The notes under the pieces: generated by a model
Database searches by the model: none
Told to the model about the DNA's origin: nothing
The model's input: only the letters and a program-made list of their open reading frames with translations
Made by a program: the position numbers and the translations under genes
From: Nanobdellota archaeon
GTDB taxonomy: Archaea; Nanobdellota; Nanobdellia; Woesearchaeales; JAHWHD01
NCBI GenBank assembly: GCA_034722435.1
Contig: JAYENX010000003.1
Coordinates: 1-52,754 of the forward strand
DNA length: 52,754 bases
Direction of reading: 5' to 3'
Part shown: piece by piece, positions 37,663 through 47,768 of the stretch
How positions within the stretch are numbered: position 1 is the first letter of the stretch
Layout: the number at the start of each line of letters is the position of its first letter

Positions 37663-39486
37663 ATGGTAAAAACTATTGAAAGACTTATTCCTGATACTTC
37701 AGTTATTGTTGAAGCTCTTGTTTCAAAAAAGATTGAAAGTAAGGAAATTAAAATAAAGAATATTCTTATACATGAAGCTGTTTTATCTGAACTTGAAAAT
37801 CAAGCAAATAAAAATAGAGAGACCGGGTATATAGGTTTAGCGGAGATTAAGAGGCTGAGAGAACTTTCTAAAAAGTTGAAATTCTCAATAAGTTATGTTG
37901 GGAGAAGGCCGCAAGAGTTTGAAATTTCGTATGCAAAAGCGGGGGCAATTGATGCGATGATCAGGGGTCTTGCGTTTTCTGAAAAAGGTACTTTGCTTAC
38001 TGCTGATAAAGTTCAGGCACTTGTTGCAGAGTCAAAAGGGATTGATGTTATTCTTATTAAGTTTGAACCTAAAGAAGAAAGAAAGATTAGGTTGGAAGAA
38101 TTTTTTGATAAAAATACTATGAGCGTTCATATTAAAGAAAAAATGGAAATAGTGGCTAAAAAAGGAAAACCTGGCGAGTGGGAGTTTTTGAAAATAGGAG
38201 ATGCTCTTTCACAGGACGAAATTAAAGCAATGGCTAATGAGATTGTCGAGGAAGCAAATTTAAATCCTGCGGGTTTTGTAGAAATTGAAAGAAAGGGTTC
38301 AACAATTGTTCAGTTAGATAAATTTAGAATTGTGATTGCGAAACCGCCACTTGCTGATGTTTGGGAGATTACTGCTGTACGTCCTGTTAAATCTTTAGAA
38401 TTAAAAGATTATGAATTATCTGAGAAACTTTTGCAAAGAATCGAGGGTCAAGCTGAAGGTATATTGATTGCTGGTTCACCAGGAATGGGGAAAAGTACTT
38501 TTGCATCTGCGCTTGCAGAGTTTTATGTTTCTCTTAATAATATTGTTAAAACTGTTGAGGCCCCTAGAGATCTTCAAGTTTCAGATAAGATAACTCAATA
38601 TGCAATTGCAAGAGGGTCTGCAGCAGAAATACATGATATACTTCTTTTATCTAGACCTGATTACACTTTTTATGATGAAATGAGGAATACTTCTGATTTT
38701 GCGTTGTTTGCGGATTTAAGATTGGCCGGTGTTGGTATGATTGGTGTTGTACATGGAACTAACCCTGTTGATTCTATTCAAAGATTTTTAGGACGGATTG
38801 AGATGGGCGTAATTCCTCAAGTAATTGATACTGTTATTTTTATTAAAGATGGAACTGTAAATAAAGTTCTTAGTTTGAAAATGACTGTGAAGGTACCGAG
38901 TGGAATGACTGAAGCAGATCTTGCAAGGCCTGTTGTTGTTATTACTGATTTCGAGACTAATAAATCTGTTTATGAAATTTATACTTATGGAGAACAGACT
39001 GTTGTTATCCCTGTGGTTGAAACTGAGAAAAAAGGTGCTCTTAAACTTGCGGAGGGAGGCATTAAGAAAGCGTTTGTTAAGTATACTAATTTTATTGATG
39101 TTGAGGTTCTTTCAAATAATGCGTGTAGAGTTTATATTCCTGATGGAGATATTGCTGCAGTGATAGGAAAGCAAGGTAAAAATATTGAGAAAATTGAGAA
39201 ACAGCTTGGTATGCGTGTTGATGTTCAACCGATGCAAAAAGTTCCTAAAGCTAAGAAAGCTCAGTCTCTTGCTTTTGATTTTGGATTCGCAGGTAAATCT
39301 GTAAATATTTATCTGGATCAGCGTAATAGTAATTTGGATATTGATATTTATATTGACGGTGAATTCCTTATGACAGCCAAATCAAGCAAGAAAGCTGTTA
39401 TCAAGGTTAAGAAAAGTAAAATTAGTAAAGTTTTGTTCAATGCATTAAAATCAGGTGAACAGGTTGAGTTGTTCAAATGTTTATAA
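37663..39486 (+). CDS. PINc/VapC-domain ATPase with KH domain (PINA/MJ1533 family)
   Basis: LIPDTSVIV PIN domain; GSPGMGKST; VKTVEAPRDLQ; RPDYTFYDEMR; AAVIGKQGKNI KH loop. Confidence 0.92.
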   Translation: MVKTIERLIPDTSVIVEALVSKKIESKEIKIKNILIHEAVLSELENQANKNRETGYIGLAEIKRLRELSKKLKFSISYVGRRPQEFEISYAKAGAIDAMIRGLAFSEKGTLLTADKVQALVAESKGIDVILIKFEPKEERKIRLEEFFDKNTMSVHIKEKMEIVAKKGKPGEWEFLKIGDALSQDEIKAMANEIVEEANLNPAGFVEIERKGSTIVQLDKFRIVIAKPPLADVWEITAVRPVKSLELKDYELSEKLLQRIEGQAEGILIAGSPGMGKSTFASALAEFYVSLNNIVKTVEAPRDLQVSDKITQYAIARGSAAEIHDILLLSRPDYTFYDEMRNTSDFALFADLRLAGVGMIGVVHGTNPVDSIQRFLGRIEMGVIPQVIDTVIFIKDGTVNKVLSLKMTVKVPSGMTEADLARPVVVITDFETNKSVYEIYTYGEQTVVIPVVETEKKGALKLAEGGIKKAFVKYTNFIDVEVLSNNACRVYIPDGDIAAVIGKQGKNIEKIEKQLGMRVDVQPMQKVPKAKKAQSLAFDFGFAGKSVNIYLDQRNSNLDIDIYIDGEFLMTAKSSKKAVIKVKKSKISKVLFNALKSGEQVELFKCL

Positions 39487-39504
39487 CAGGAAGGAGGTGA
39501 TTTA

Positions 39505-39906
39505 ATGATGGTGAGAGGAATCCCAACAATAGTTAAAGTTTTTTCTGTACTTTTCTATATTGAGGCAGTTCTATCTTTTCTTTTAGCGATTGCTGCATTT
39601 ATTGGTGGAAGTTTACTGAATGCGCTAGGTCAATCTTTTCTTAGTATGTTTAGCGGAATTGCGGTCGGTCTAGGAGTAGGTTTACTAATCTGGGCAGTGC
39701 TTAGTTTCTTTATTGGAAGAGGTCTTTGGAAAGGGCAAAATTGGGCGAGAATACTTGCAAGTATTTTTGCTATATTGGGTTTTTTAATGTCTATACTTTC
39801 TTTAATGGGAGGAGCAATAGTATCAGGAATACTTAGTCTTTTGATAACAGGACTAATAGCGTATTACTTATTGTTCAATAAAGATGTTAAGAGAGCTTTT
39901 AGTTAA
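39505..39906 (+). CDS. Four-TM membrane protein
   Basis: GLWKGQNWARI motif, hydrophobic helices. Confidence 0.7.
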   Translation: MMVRGIPTIVKVFSVLFYIEAVLSFLLAIAAFIGGSLLNALGQSFLSMFSGIAVGLGVGLLIWAVLSFFIGRGLWKGQNWARILASIFAILGFLMSILSLMGGAIVSGILSLLITGLIAYYLLFNKDVKRAFS

Positions 39907-40045
39907 AGTATTTTTTTTATTTTTTATTTTCTTTTTATTTCTGTTTTAAAAATTTGAATTAATTTTTTTAAAAATTTTTATTTTATTTTTATTTTTTTAA
40001 TTTTATCTTGACTTTTTATAATTATGTTATAATTATGTTACTCTT

Positions 40046-41725
40046 TTGTCTTTTATTCGTGACTATAAAACTTTTTATATGCTGTGTGTTAAATTATTCG
40101 AAAAAGAGGTTGAAGATATGTCACTTGAAGAGAATATAGAAACTATACGTCCTGTTTTGCGAACTAAATTTAATGATTTTGTTAGAGTTCGTGAAAATCT
40201 TAAAGTTTTGTTGGTTGATGATCAAATTAATATTTTAAGGACCTCTAAAGAAATTCTTGAAGATTTTGGTTGCGAGGTTAGTGTTGCTGCAACAGGTTCA
40301 GATTTGGTGAATTTTGTTTTAAATCAAGATTATGATGTTGCTTTAATAGACCAGAAATTGGGTGATAAGGATCTCTCCTATTTTTTGGAAAAGCTTGATG
40401 GTTTTGGTTTTGATATGTCTAAAAAACCTTGGTCTTTAGTTTCCGCTTATGAACCTGAAGTTGATTATACAAAGTGGGGTGTACAGCATATTTTTCAGAA
40501 ACCATTTGGTGTTTCTGATCTTTTACATTTTGTTATGAAATCTATCAATCCTGTTAAATGTGAGTTTGATAAAGGTTGGTTTGAGACTGAATTAAAAAGA
40601 TTGGGTGTTTATGATTCTGGTATTTCGGTTTTGTTTGTTGATGATGATCCATCTGTTAGGCGTGTAGTTAATGGTCAATTAAATGTTATATTTCAAGGTT
40701 TGAATGTTTCTGAATCTATGTGTCAGGTTGTTGGTTCGGGTGAAGAAGCTGTTGACTTGTTGTGTTCTTCTTCGTTCAATCTTGTGTTTTGGGATTTTAT
40801 GTTGAATGGGGGTGTTGCTTCTGATTATCTTGAAAAAATCAGGGGGCTTGAAAGGGAGGGTTTTCTTTCTGAAAGTTCGGCAGTGCATGTTTATGTAACT
40901 GATAAAAAAGTTAATGAACCTGAACTGGTCTATGCTCGAACTAAACTTGGAGTTCAGGATAAACTTACAAAGCCTTTTTCTACAAAAGATCTTGCGGCAG
41001 TTATTATTAAAGAGCTCGATATACGTCAGAAACAAGATTATAAAAAACAAATTGTGCAAAGTAAGGAAGAGTTTATAGGGATACTTGCAAGAACTAAGTT
41101 ACATTCAGTTAATAATAAATTGACTAGTCTTGTGGGTTATTTTACTTTGCTAAATAATTTTTTTAATCGTTTAGATTTAACTTCTTCTGAAAGAGATCGT
41201 TATAATCATTTTTATTCTAAAATTTCTCAAGCTGCTGTTGCTTCGGTTGATTATGTGCGTCAAACTCAATTGCTTTATCATGCAGGTATAGAAAGTAGGA
41301 CTTTTAGGATGAAACCTTTAGCTGAATTTGCTGCAGATGCTTTAATAAGTCAGGGGATGCAAGTTTCAACAGATTTTACTGAAGCTGATCCTCGAGTGTA
41401 CGGTTATGAAGATGGTTTTCTTGAAGCGTTTTTGGATTTAGGACAAAATGCACTTCAGGCGGGGGCAAGTAGTCTTACAATAGGTTTGCATGACGGGGAG
41501 GATAAAAATGGTTATTTTGTGCATGCTTATGTGGAAGATGATGGTTCGGGGATTGATTCTCAAAATGTTGAACGTATTTTTGAACATGGCTTTAGTACGA
41601 AAGGAGAGGGTAGAGGTAAAGGTTTGGCACTTGTCAAAAAAACTATGGATGTGCATAATGCTCAGTTATGGTGTGATAGCGAGCCCGGGTCAGGGGCTAC
41701 TTTTCATTTTAAGTTGTATCAGTAA
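40046..41725 (+). CDS. Soluble hybrid histidine kinase: two receiver domains plus HisKA/HATPase
   Basis: LLVDD..VALIDQ..FQKPF; LFVDDD..VFWDF..LTKPF; LHSVNNKLT; QNALQA, EDDGSGI, FEHGFSTK, GRGKGL. Confidence 0.85.
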   Translation: MSFIRDYKTFYMLCVKLFEKEVEDMSLEENIETIRPVLRTKFNDFVRVRENLKVLLVDDQINILRTSKEILEDFGCEVSVAATGSDLVNFVLNQDYDVALIDQKLGDKDLSYFLEKLDGFGFDMSKKPWSLVSAYEPEVDYTKWGVQHIFQKPFGVSDLLHFVMKSINPVKCEFDKGWFETELKRLGVYDSGISVLFVDDDPSVRRVVNGQLNVIFQGLNVSESMCQVVGSGEEAVDLLCSSSFNLVFWDFMLNGGVASDYLEKIRGLEREGFLSESSAVHVYVTDKKVNEPELVYARTKLGVQDKLTKPFSTKDLAAVIIKELDIRQKQDYKKQIVQSKEEFIGILARTKLHSVNNKLTSLVGYFTLLNNFFNRLDLTSSERDRYNHFYSKISQAAVASVDYVRQTQLLYHAGIESRTFRMKPLAEFAADALISQGMQVSTDFTEADPRVYGYEDGFLEAFLDLGQNALQAGASSLTIGLHDGEDKNGYFVHAYVEDDGSGIDSQNVERIFEHGFSTKGEGRGKGLALVKKTMDVHNAQLWCDSEPGSGATFHFKLYQ

Positions 41726-41780
41726 ATAGAACGTTAGTTAGTTTGATAGATTTTATTTATAGGTTTGATTTTTTATTAAG

Positions 41781-43118
41781 TTGGATATGTCGAAAAGTTT
41801 ATATATACTTTCTGAGTTAATTTCTTTTATGTTAGATTTAAAATTTATTAGGGAAAATTCTGATAAAGTTAAAGAAAATATTAAGAAAAAGTTTCAAGAT
41901 TCTAAATTGAAAAAGGTTGATGAACTTTTAAAATACGATGAAGAGAATCGGAAACTTATGCAGGAATCTCAAAAACTTCGACAGAAACGAAATTTAGTGA
42001 ATCAAGAGATTAATAAGTTGAAGAAGTCTGGGAAAGATATTAAAAAAAAGTTAGCTGAAGCAAAAAAGATTCCTGAAAAACTTAAACAGATTGAATCTAA
42101 GCAGGAAGAGGTTGGTAATAAAATTTGTGAAATCCTTAAAATTATTCCTCAAATTATTCATGATTCTGTGCCTATAGGTAAAAATGATGGTGAAAATGTT
42201 GAGAGGGAGATAATTGGAAAAATAAAAAAGTTTAGTTTTCCTGTGAAAAGTCATGTTGAGATTGCGGAAAATTTGAACATGGCGGACTTTGATATTTCAG
42301 CTTGTACTTCTGGAAATGGTTTTTATTTTTTGAAAGGTGATCTTGCATTATTGCAGATGGCTGTAATTAATTTTGCTAGAGATTTTATGGTTAAGAAAGG
42401 TTATCTTTATGTCGAGCCTCCTCTTATGATACGTAAGAAAGTTGTTGATGGTGTGATGTCTTTCGATGAGATGGATAACATGATGTACAAAATTGAAGGA
42501 GAGGACCTTTACATGATTGGAACTTCTGAACATCCTTTAATAGGTGCATTTATTGATAAGGTGCTTGATGAGAAGGATCTTCCTATAAAGATTACTGGGT
42601 ATAGTATGTGTTTTAGAAAAGAGATAGGTAGTCACGGGATTGATGAGAAAGGTTTTTACAGAACTCATCAATTTAATAAACAAGAAATGGTTGTGTTGTG
42701 TAAGCCGGAAGATTCTTATAAATATTATAATGAGATGCTTGATATTACAAAGGCTATTTTTAAGAAACTCGTTTTACCTACAAGAGTTTTAGAATGTTGT
42801 TCTGGAGATTTGGCAGATCTTAAGTCAAAGTCTTGTGATTTGGAGGCGTGGTCTCCAAGAAAAGAAGAATATTTTGAAGTGGCTTCATTGACTAATATGG
42901 AAGATGCACAGGCAAGAAGATTAAATATTAAAGCTACAACTGGTAAAGATAAATATCTTGTACATACATTAAATAATACTGTTGTTGCAACATCAAGAGT
43001 GTTAGTGGCGATACTTGAGAATTTTCAAAATAAGGATGGGTCTGTAACTGTTCCTAAAGTTTTACATCCTTATATGATGGGGAAGACTATTTTAAAATCT
43101 AAAAAAAAGGAGTGGTGA
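41781..43118 (+). CDS. serS: Serine--tRNA ligase (probable ATG 41829)
   Basis: MLDLKFIREN, IGTSEHP, GFYRTHQFNKQE, HTLNNT..ATSRVLVAILEN. Confidence 0.96.
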   Translation: MDMSKSLYILSELISFMLDLKFIRENSDKVKENIKKKFQDSKLKKVDELLKYDEENRKLMQESQKLRQKRNLVNQEINKLKKSGKDIKKKLAEAKKIPEKLKQIESKQEEVGNKICEILKIIPQIIHDSVPIGKNDGENVEREIIGKIKKFSFPVKSHVEIAENLNMADFDISACTSGNGFYFLKGDLALLQMAVINFARDFMVKKGYLYVEPPLMIRKKVVDGVMSFDEMDNMMYKIEGEDLYMIGTSEHPLIGAFIDKVLDEKDLPIKITGYSMCFRKEIGSHGIDEKGFYRTHQFNKQEMVVLCKPEDSYKYYNEMLDITKAIFKKLVLPTRVLECCSGDLADLKSKSCDLEAWSPRKEEYFEVASLTNMEDAQARRLNIKATTGKDKYLVHTLNNTVVATSRVLVAILENFQNKDGSVTVPKVLHPYMMGKTILKSKKKEW

Positions 43119-43121
43119 AAT

Positions 43122-43436
43122 ATGGCTGAAATACCTTCATTGTTATTGATAATAATTGGTATCCTAGTTGCAGGAGTTTCTTATTATGTAGGAGATAATT
43201 TTAAACTTTTTTTTTACATTGGTATTATATTTTTTGTATATGGTCTTGTGAAATGGTTGATTGTTCGTGGAAGGCAAAGACCTGAAAAAGTAGAGGTTAA
43301 GAAACGTTATTATCAGAATCCTCAAAAATATGCTCAACAGCCTCAGACTAAAAAGTATGATTATTGTAAATCTTGTGGTTGTGTTGTACATTCTGGAGAT
43401 AATTTTTGTTACAAATGCGGGGGTAAGTTGAGGTAA
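43122..43436 (+). CDS. Two-TM protein with C-terminal Zn ribbon
   Basis: YCKSCG..NFCYKCGGKL. Confidence 0.7.
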   Translation: MAEIPSLLLIIIGILVAGVSYYVGDNFKLFFYIGIIFFVYGLVKWLIVRGRQRPEKVEVKKRYYQNPQKYAQQPQTKKYDYCKSCGCVVHSGDNFCYKCGGKLR

Positions 43437-43438
43437 GT

Positions 43439-44665
43439 ATGAGTCTTGTAACTAGTCTTTTCATTGTTGGTTTTATAATTATTGTGGGATTGATTTCTCA
43501 ATACATATTTAAGAAATTTAAGATTCCTGATGTTTTAATTTTGATGGTGTTCGGTGCTTTACTTTCTTATTTTAATCTTGCTAATACTATAAAACAAGGG
43601 AGTACTGAGTTAACTTTTTTAATTACTTTTAGTTTGATATATGTTGTATTTTATGGTGCACTTCCAATTAAATTGAAAGCGATTTTTTCAACAATGAAGT
43701 ATGCTTTACTTTCATCTTTACTTAATTTTATAGTTATTACTGCTTTGCTTGGGTCAATATCTTATTTATTTGGTTTTGGTTGGCTTCTTGGGTTATCGCT
43801 TGGTGCACTTTTTTGTGTGCTCGATGGGTCTATAATTAATAGTTTACTTGGTATTCTAAAGATAAGTCCTAAAGCTGAAGCGCAGATACAGACTGAGAGT
43901 GCAATAATTGATGTTCTTGTAATTGTTGGAGTTTTATCTTTTATTAATTTTGCAAGGATAGGTCTTAATCAGGTTTTACAAAATCTTACGAGTTATCTTT
44001 TCTTAAGCTTTGCAATTGGGTTAGTGGTTGCCTTTGTATGGTCTTTTACATTGAAGCATGTTGGGAATTATAGTAGTGCGCCTGTAGCGACAATGGCAGT
44101 GCTTGTTATGCTTTATGCTTTTGGTGAATATGTGGGTGCTAATGGAGTTATTACTGTCTTTTGTTTTTCTATTATACTCGGTAATGTTGCTTTGTTAAGT
44201 AAATTATTCTATAAACGTCAAAAAGAAAGTTTGAGTGTAATGGATATGGCAACTAAAAGTTTTTTTAAAGAGATAAGTTTTTTGATAAGAACGTTTTTGT
44301 TTGTTTATCTGGGTCTTTTGGTTGATTTTACTATGTGGCCTTATCTTTTACTTGGTTTGATGTTTTTTGTGATAGCTTATTTATTAAGATCTTTTATTAG
44401 TAAGCATGTATACAATGAATCTTTGACTCATAGGGAACTTTATTTTATAGATGCTATGTGTGCAAAAGGTTTAACACCAACTGTAATGTTGGCAGTAATA
44501 GGTGGGACTGCTGCGTTTACTAATACTGTTGTGGGTGGTATATTTTCAAGTGTATTGATAACGTCTATTTTGATATTTTTGGTTGAAAGGGGTAAGTTTA
44601 CTACAGTTAGTAATATGATTGTTGAGAGAATTAAACATTCCAGGCATAAGAGAAGGTATGGTTAA
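43439..44665 (+). CDS. Cation:proton antiporter (NhaP/CPA1-like)
   Basis: KIPDVLILM, TESAIIDV, FFKEISFLIRTFLFVYLG, AKGLTPTV; about 12 TMs. Confidence 0.82.
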   Translation: MSLVTSLFIVGFIIIVGLISQYIFKKFKIPDVLILMVFGALLSYFNLANTIKQGSTELTFLITFSLIYVVFYGALPIKLKAIFSTMKYALLSSLLNFIVITALLGSISYLFGFGWLLGLSLGALFCVLDGSIINSLLGILKISPKAEAQIQTESAIIDVLVIVGVLSFINFARIGLNQVLQNLTSYLFLSFAIGLVVAFVWSFTLKHVGNYSSAPVATMAVLVMLYAFGEYVGANGVITVFCFSIILGNVALLSKLFYKRQKESLSVMDMATKSFFKEISFLIRTFLFVYLGLLVDFTMWPYLLLGLMFFVIAYLLRSFISKHVYNESLTHRELYFIDAMCAKGLTPTVMLAVIGGTAAFTNTVVGGIFSSVLITSILIFLVERGKFTTVSNMIVERIKHSRHKRRYG

Positions 44666-44675
44666 ACTTATTTTT

Positions 44676-44848
44676 ATAGAAAGTATCTCGTTCGCCTGCT
44701 CGAATTGTAAGTGATTTGATAACAGATAATCTCACATCAATACTATTTTACTCGAACTGTGTTCGAGCAATGCTCAGTAATGAATTATGTTTCCGACCAT
44801 TACAAATAGCATCTTGGCTCACTGGCTAATGCTGGCGATACTTTCTAT
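44676..44848 (+). ncRNA. Structured intergenic element, copy 2 of 3
   Basis: Perfect 12-bp closing stem atagaaagtatc/gatactttctat; hairpin ctcgaac/gttcgag; core 28/32 identical to copy 1. Confidence 0.6.
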
Positions 44849-44909
44849 TAAGCTTCTAAAACCATAAACCTTATAAAATTCAATTTTTATTCTTCATCCA
44901 GGTGGTTAA

Positions 44910-45983
44910 ATGTCGTTATTCAAAGATATTCTTTCAAGCAATGAATCTCTTTTCATTAATCCTGTAGCTCTTGATTATGATTACCAGCCAAAACTTGTAC
45001 CGTATAGAGAGAGTCATCAAAAAAGGATGGTTGTATGTATTAAACCTTTATTTAGTAAAACTAATGGTAGAAATCTTTTAATATTTGGTCCTCCTGGCGT
45101 GGGTAAGACGGTAGCGTGTAAGCATGTGATTCAGGAACTTGAAGAGGAGACTGATGATATTATTCAGTTTTATATTAATTGTTGGCAGATTAATTCGACC
45201 TATAAAATTTATGTATATCTTTGTGAGCAGTTAGGGCATAAATTTATACAGAATAAAAAGACTGATGAACTTTTTAGAATTTTGAAACATGATTTGAATA
45301 AAAAATCTGTTGTGTTTGTTTTTGATGAAGCTGATAAGCTTGAAGATTTAGATTTTCTTTATACTATACTTGAAGAAATATATAGGAAAAGTGTTTTTTT
45401 GATTACAAATTATAAAGGGTGGGTTGATAGGATTGATGAACGTGTTAAGTCTCGTCTGGTGCCTGAGATGTTGGAATTTGCTCCTTATACAGGTGTAGAG
45501 ACTAGTGGTATATTGAAAGAAAGGATTAAGTATGCTTTTGTTCCCGACATTTGGAATGATGATGCGTTTTCTTTAGTGGCTGAGAAGACATTACGGATGA
45601 AAGATATAAGGAGTGGTATGTATCTTCTTAAAGAATCTGGTCTGGCTGCAGAGGATGAAAGTTCGCGGAGTATCTGTATAAATCATGTGAAAAATGCTGT
45701 ATCTAAGCTTGATGAGTTTACTATCAAGAATTCTGAAGACTTAGAGGACGAAACTCATTTTATTCTTGATATAGTGAAACAAAACTCTGGTAATAAGATT
45801 GGGGATTTGTTTAAGATTTATAATAAGGCTGGTGGTGGTCGAGGTTATAAATATTTTCAACGTCGTATAGCTAAGCTTGAAGGGAGTAAGTTTGTTTCTT
45901 TGAAAAGGGTTCAAGGAAAAGATGGAAATACAACTTTAATTACTTATATTGGTGACAAAGTTAAAAGGTTAAGTGATTTTTAG
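44910..45983 (+). CDS. cdc6: Cdc6/Orc1 replication initiation protein
   Basis: YQPKLVPYRE, GPPGVGKT, YINCW, VFDEADKL, RVKSRL, FAPYT, C-terminal winged helix. Confidence 0.9.
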   Translation: MSLFKDILSSNESLFINPVALDYDYQPKLVPYRESHQKRMVVCIKPLFSKTNGRNLLIFGPPGVGKTVACKHVIQELEEETDDIIQFYINCWQINSTYKIYVYLCEQLGHKFIQNKKTDELFRILKHDLNKKSVVFVFDEADKLEDLDFLYTILEEIYRKSVFLITNYKGWVDRIDERVKSRLVPEMLEFAPYTGVETSGILKERIKYAFVPDIWNDDAFSLVAEKTLRMKDIRSGMYLLKESGLAAEDESSRSICINHVKNAVSKLDEFTIKNSEDLEDETHFILDIVKQNSGNKIGDLFKIYNKAGGGRGYKYFQRRIAKLEGSKFVSLKRVQGKDGNTTLITYIGDKVKRLSDF

Positions 45984-46659
45984 CATTTTTACAATTTTCT
46001 TTTAAGATGCAGATGTTACATAAAGGTTTCTTTTTGCAATATCTTTTTGCGTGTTCAACAATTAGCGCGTGATATTCCTGGAATTGTTTTAAATCTTCTT
46101 TTAGGTTTTTGTGAAATAGTTTTTGCCATTCTTCATAAGTTGATTTCTCCTCTAAAAAACCTATTCTTGAGAAGATTCTTTTTGTATATGTGTCTATAAC
46201 GAAAACTGGTTTGTTTAGAGCGTAAAGTAATATGGAGTCTGCTGTTTCTGGACCAATTCCTTTTTGTTTTAAGAGAAGAGGTCTTAATTTTTTTATGTTT
46301 AATTTTTCTAATTTTGTTATTGGATTATTGTTTAGAAATTTAGCGATTAGTTTTAATCTTTCAGATTTTTGGTTATAATATCCTGCTGGTTTGATAAGTA
46401 ATTTTAGTTTTTTAATATTTATTGAGTTTAATGAGTTTATGTTTAGAATGTTATGTTTGTTTAGATTAATAATTGCTTTTTCTACATTTACCCATGAAGT
46501 GTTTTGTGTTAAGATTGCGCCTAGGATTATTTCAAATTTTTCTTTTTCATTAGAAGGTCCGCCTAAATATTCTGGTTTTAGTTTGTTTTTGGGAGTAGTT
46601 GGCCACCATAGTTGCGGTTTGTATTCTTTTAGAAATTTTTGATATATTTTATTAAGCAT
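45961..46659 (-). CDS. Endonuclease III-like HhH-GPD glycosylase with 4Fe-4S motif
   Basis: GAILTQNTSWVNVEKA, KGIGPETADSILLY, VIDTYTKR, CKKKPLCNIC..C. Confidence 0.9.
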   Translation of the reverse strand: MLNKIYQKFLKEYKPQLWWPTTPKNKLKPEYLGGPSNEKEKFEIILGAILTQNTSWVNVEKAIINLNKHNILNINSLNSINIKKLKLLIKPAGYYNQKSERLKLIAKFLNNNPITKLEKLNIKKLRPLLLKQKGIGPETADSILLYALNKPVFVIDTYTKRIFSRIGFLEEKSTYEEWQKLFHKNLKEDLKQFQEYHALIVEHAKRYCKKKPLCNICILKENCKNAKNHLTF

Positions 46660-47014
46660 TTCTAACAGCTTTTCTTATTATGAAATAAATTTTGGAACCT
46701 TGTTCACGTTGAACAAATGTATTTCTGTTTTGAATTAATTCTTTGCCAATGTATCTTGCGTTACTATCTACAACATCGTTTATATTATCTGAATCATTAT
46801 CTGGTAATCTGCATATTTCTTTGAAATTGTTTTCATCTCTCCATTTGTTTCCTTTCCGAACCCATGATGTGTATGAAATTTCAAAATGATCTTCAGAGTC
46901 GATATAATCTCTTTCTGAGAATTTGTATGATATTTCTAATTTGGCGTGTCTTTTGCAAGCTTTTGCCCTTAAATCATGAAGAAATTCGTTTATACTAGGA
47001 TATGGGTTGTTCAT
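46652..47014 (-). CDS. Hypothetical protein
   Basis: 120-aa ORF overlapping both neighbours. Confidence 0.5.
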   Translation of the reverse strand: MNNPYPSINEFLHDLRAKACKRHAKLEISYKFSERDYIDSEDHFEISYTSWVRKGNKWRDENNFKEICRLPDNDSDNINDVVDSNARYIGKELIQNRNTFVQREQGSKIYFIIRKAVRNA

Positions 47015-47391
47015 TTTACTAAAACTGCATTAACTATGCCGTCTTGACCTGGTCTAGAAGTAACTTTTGCTTTACCTTTTTCTGTCTCAACAATGCATCC
47101 TTTGGTAACAATGTTCCTTCTTACATAATGACGATTTGCACTGTTTTCAATAACTTTTGTAATCTTTACTTTTTCAAACTTTTTAGTTTTTGAATCAACT
47201 AGATTTGCAAATTCAGCTACTAATAGGTTTTGTTTTAGGTTGCCGCCTTTAGTTTTTACATTTTTAGAAGAATGTGTTCCAACTTTCGTGTTTGTAGGTC
47301 TACCTGCAAGTTCAAAGCTACGTTTTTTTCTAGCTTTTTGGTACTTTGTACCTGATTGTTTTCTGTTGGATTTTTGTTGTGCTTTAACCAT
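47011..47391 (-). CDS. rps8e: 30S ribosomal protein S8e (start corrected to ATG 47391)
   Basis: RKQSG..ARKKRSFELAGRP; ANRHYVRRNIVTKG; VTSRPGQDGIVNAVL. Confidence 0.95.
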   Translation of the reverse strand: MVKAQQKSNRKQSGTKYQKARKKRSFELAGRPTNTKVGTHSSKNVKTKGGNLKQNLLVAEFANLVDSKTKKFEKVKITKVIENSANRHYVRRNIVTKGCIVETEKGKAKVTSRPGQDGIVNAVLVK

Positions 47392-47519
47392 GTTGCATGA
47401 AATCTGGGGGTTATTTATAAAATCTTCGGTTTGACGAAGATTGATGAAAATTGTTTTTTGCGTAACATTTAAATATAGGCTGCTTTTCTTTTTCATAAAT
47501 CAAGTGGGGTGTATTATTA

Positions 47520-47747
47520 ATGACTGAAACTATGAGACCTTTGGATGCGTTGAACAGATCAAGGGATAAAAGAGTTATTGTTGAATTAAAAAATCAAAAA
47601 CAATTTGTTGGTAATTTGAAAGCGTTTGATATTCATATTAATGTAGTACTTGAAGAAGCCGAAGAAATGGTTAATGGAGAGGTTAAAAGAAAGCTTGGTA
47701 TTGTTTTTATCAGAGGAGATACTATCACAATAATATCGCCTGCATAA
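47520..47747 (+). CDS. Sm-like (LSm) RNA-binding protein
   Basis: RPLDALN..VIVELKN..GNLKAFDIHINVVL..FIRGDTI. Confidence 0.95.
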   Translation: MTETMRPLDALNRSRDKRVIVELKNQKQFVGNLKAFDIHINVVLEEAEEMVNGEVKRKLGIVFIRGDTITIISPA

Positions 47748-47768
47748 AACTAGCTTAAACAGAAGAAA

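Noticed and set aside
44666-44909. Replication origin with ORB boxes upstream of cdc6
   Set aside because: No recognisable ORB or mini-ORB repeat, and no visible skew inversion
47421-47442. 8-bp inverted repeat aatcttcg/cgaagatt beside the rps8e TATA box
   Set aside because: Single occurrence; could be an operator, but there is no second example to support it
47392-47496. 35-aa N-terminal extension of S8e given by the ORF track
   Set aside because: S8e homology starts at ATG 47391, and the extension overlaps the divergent TATA elements
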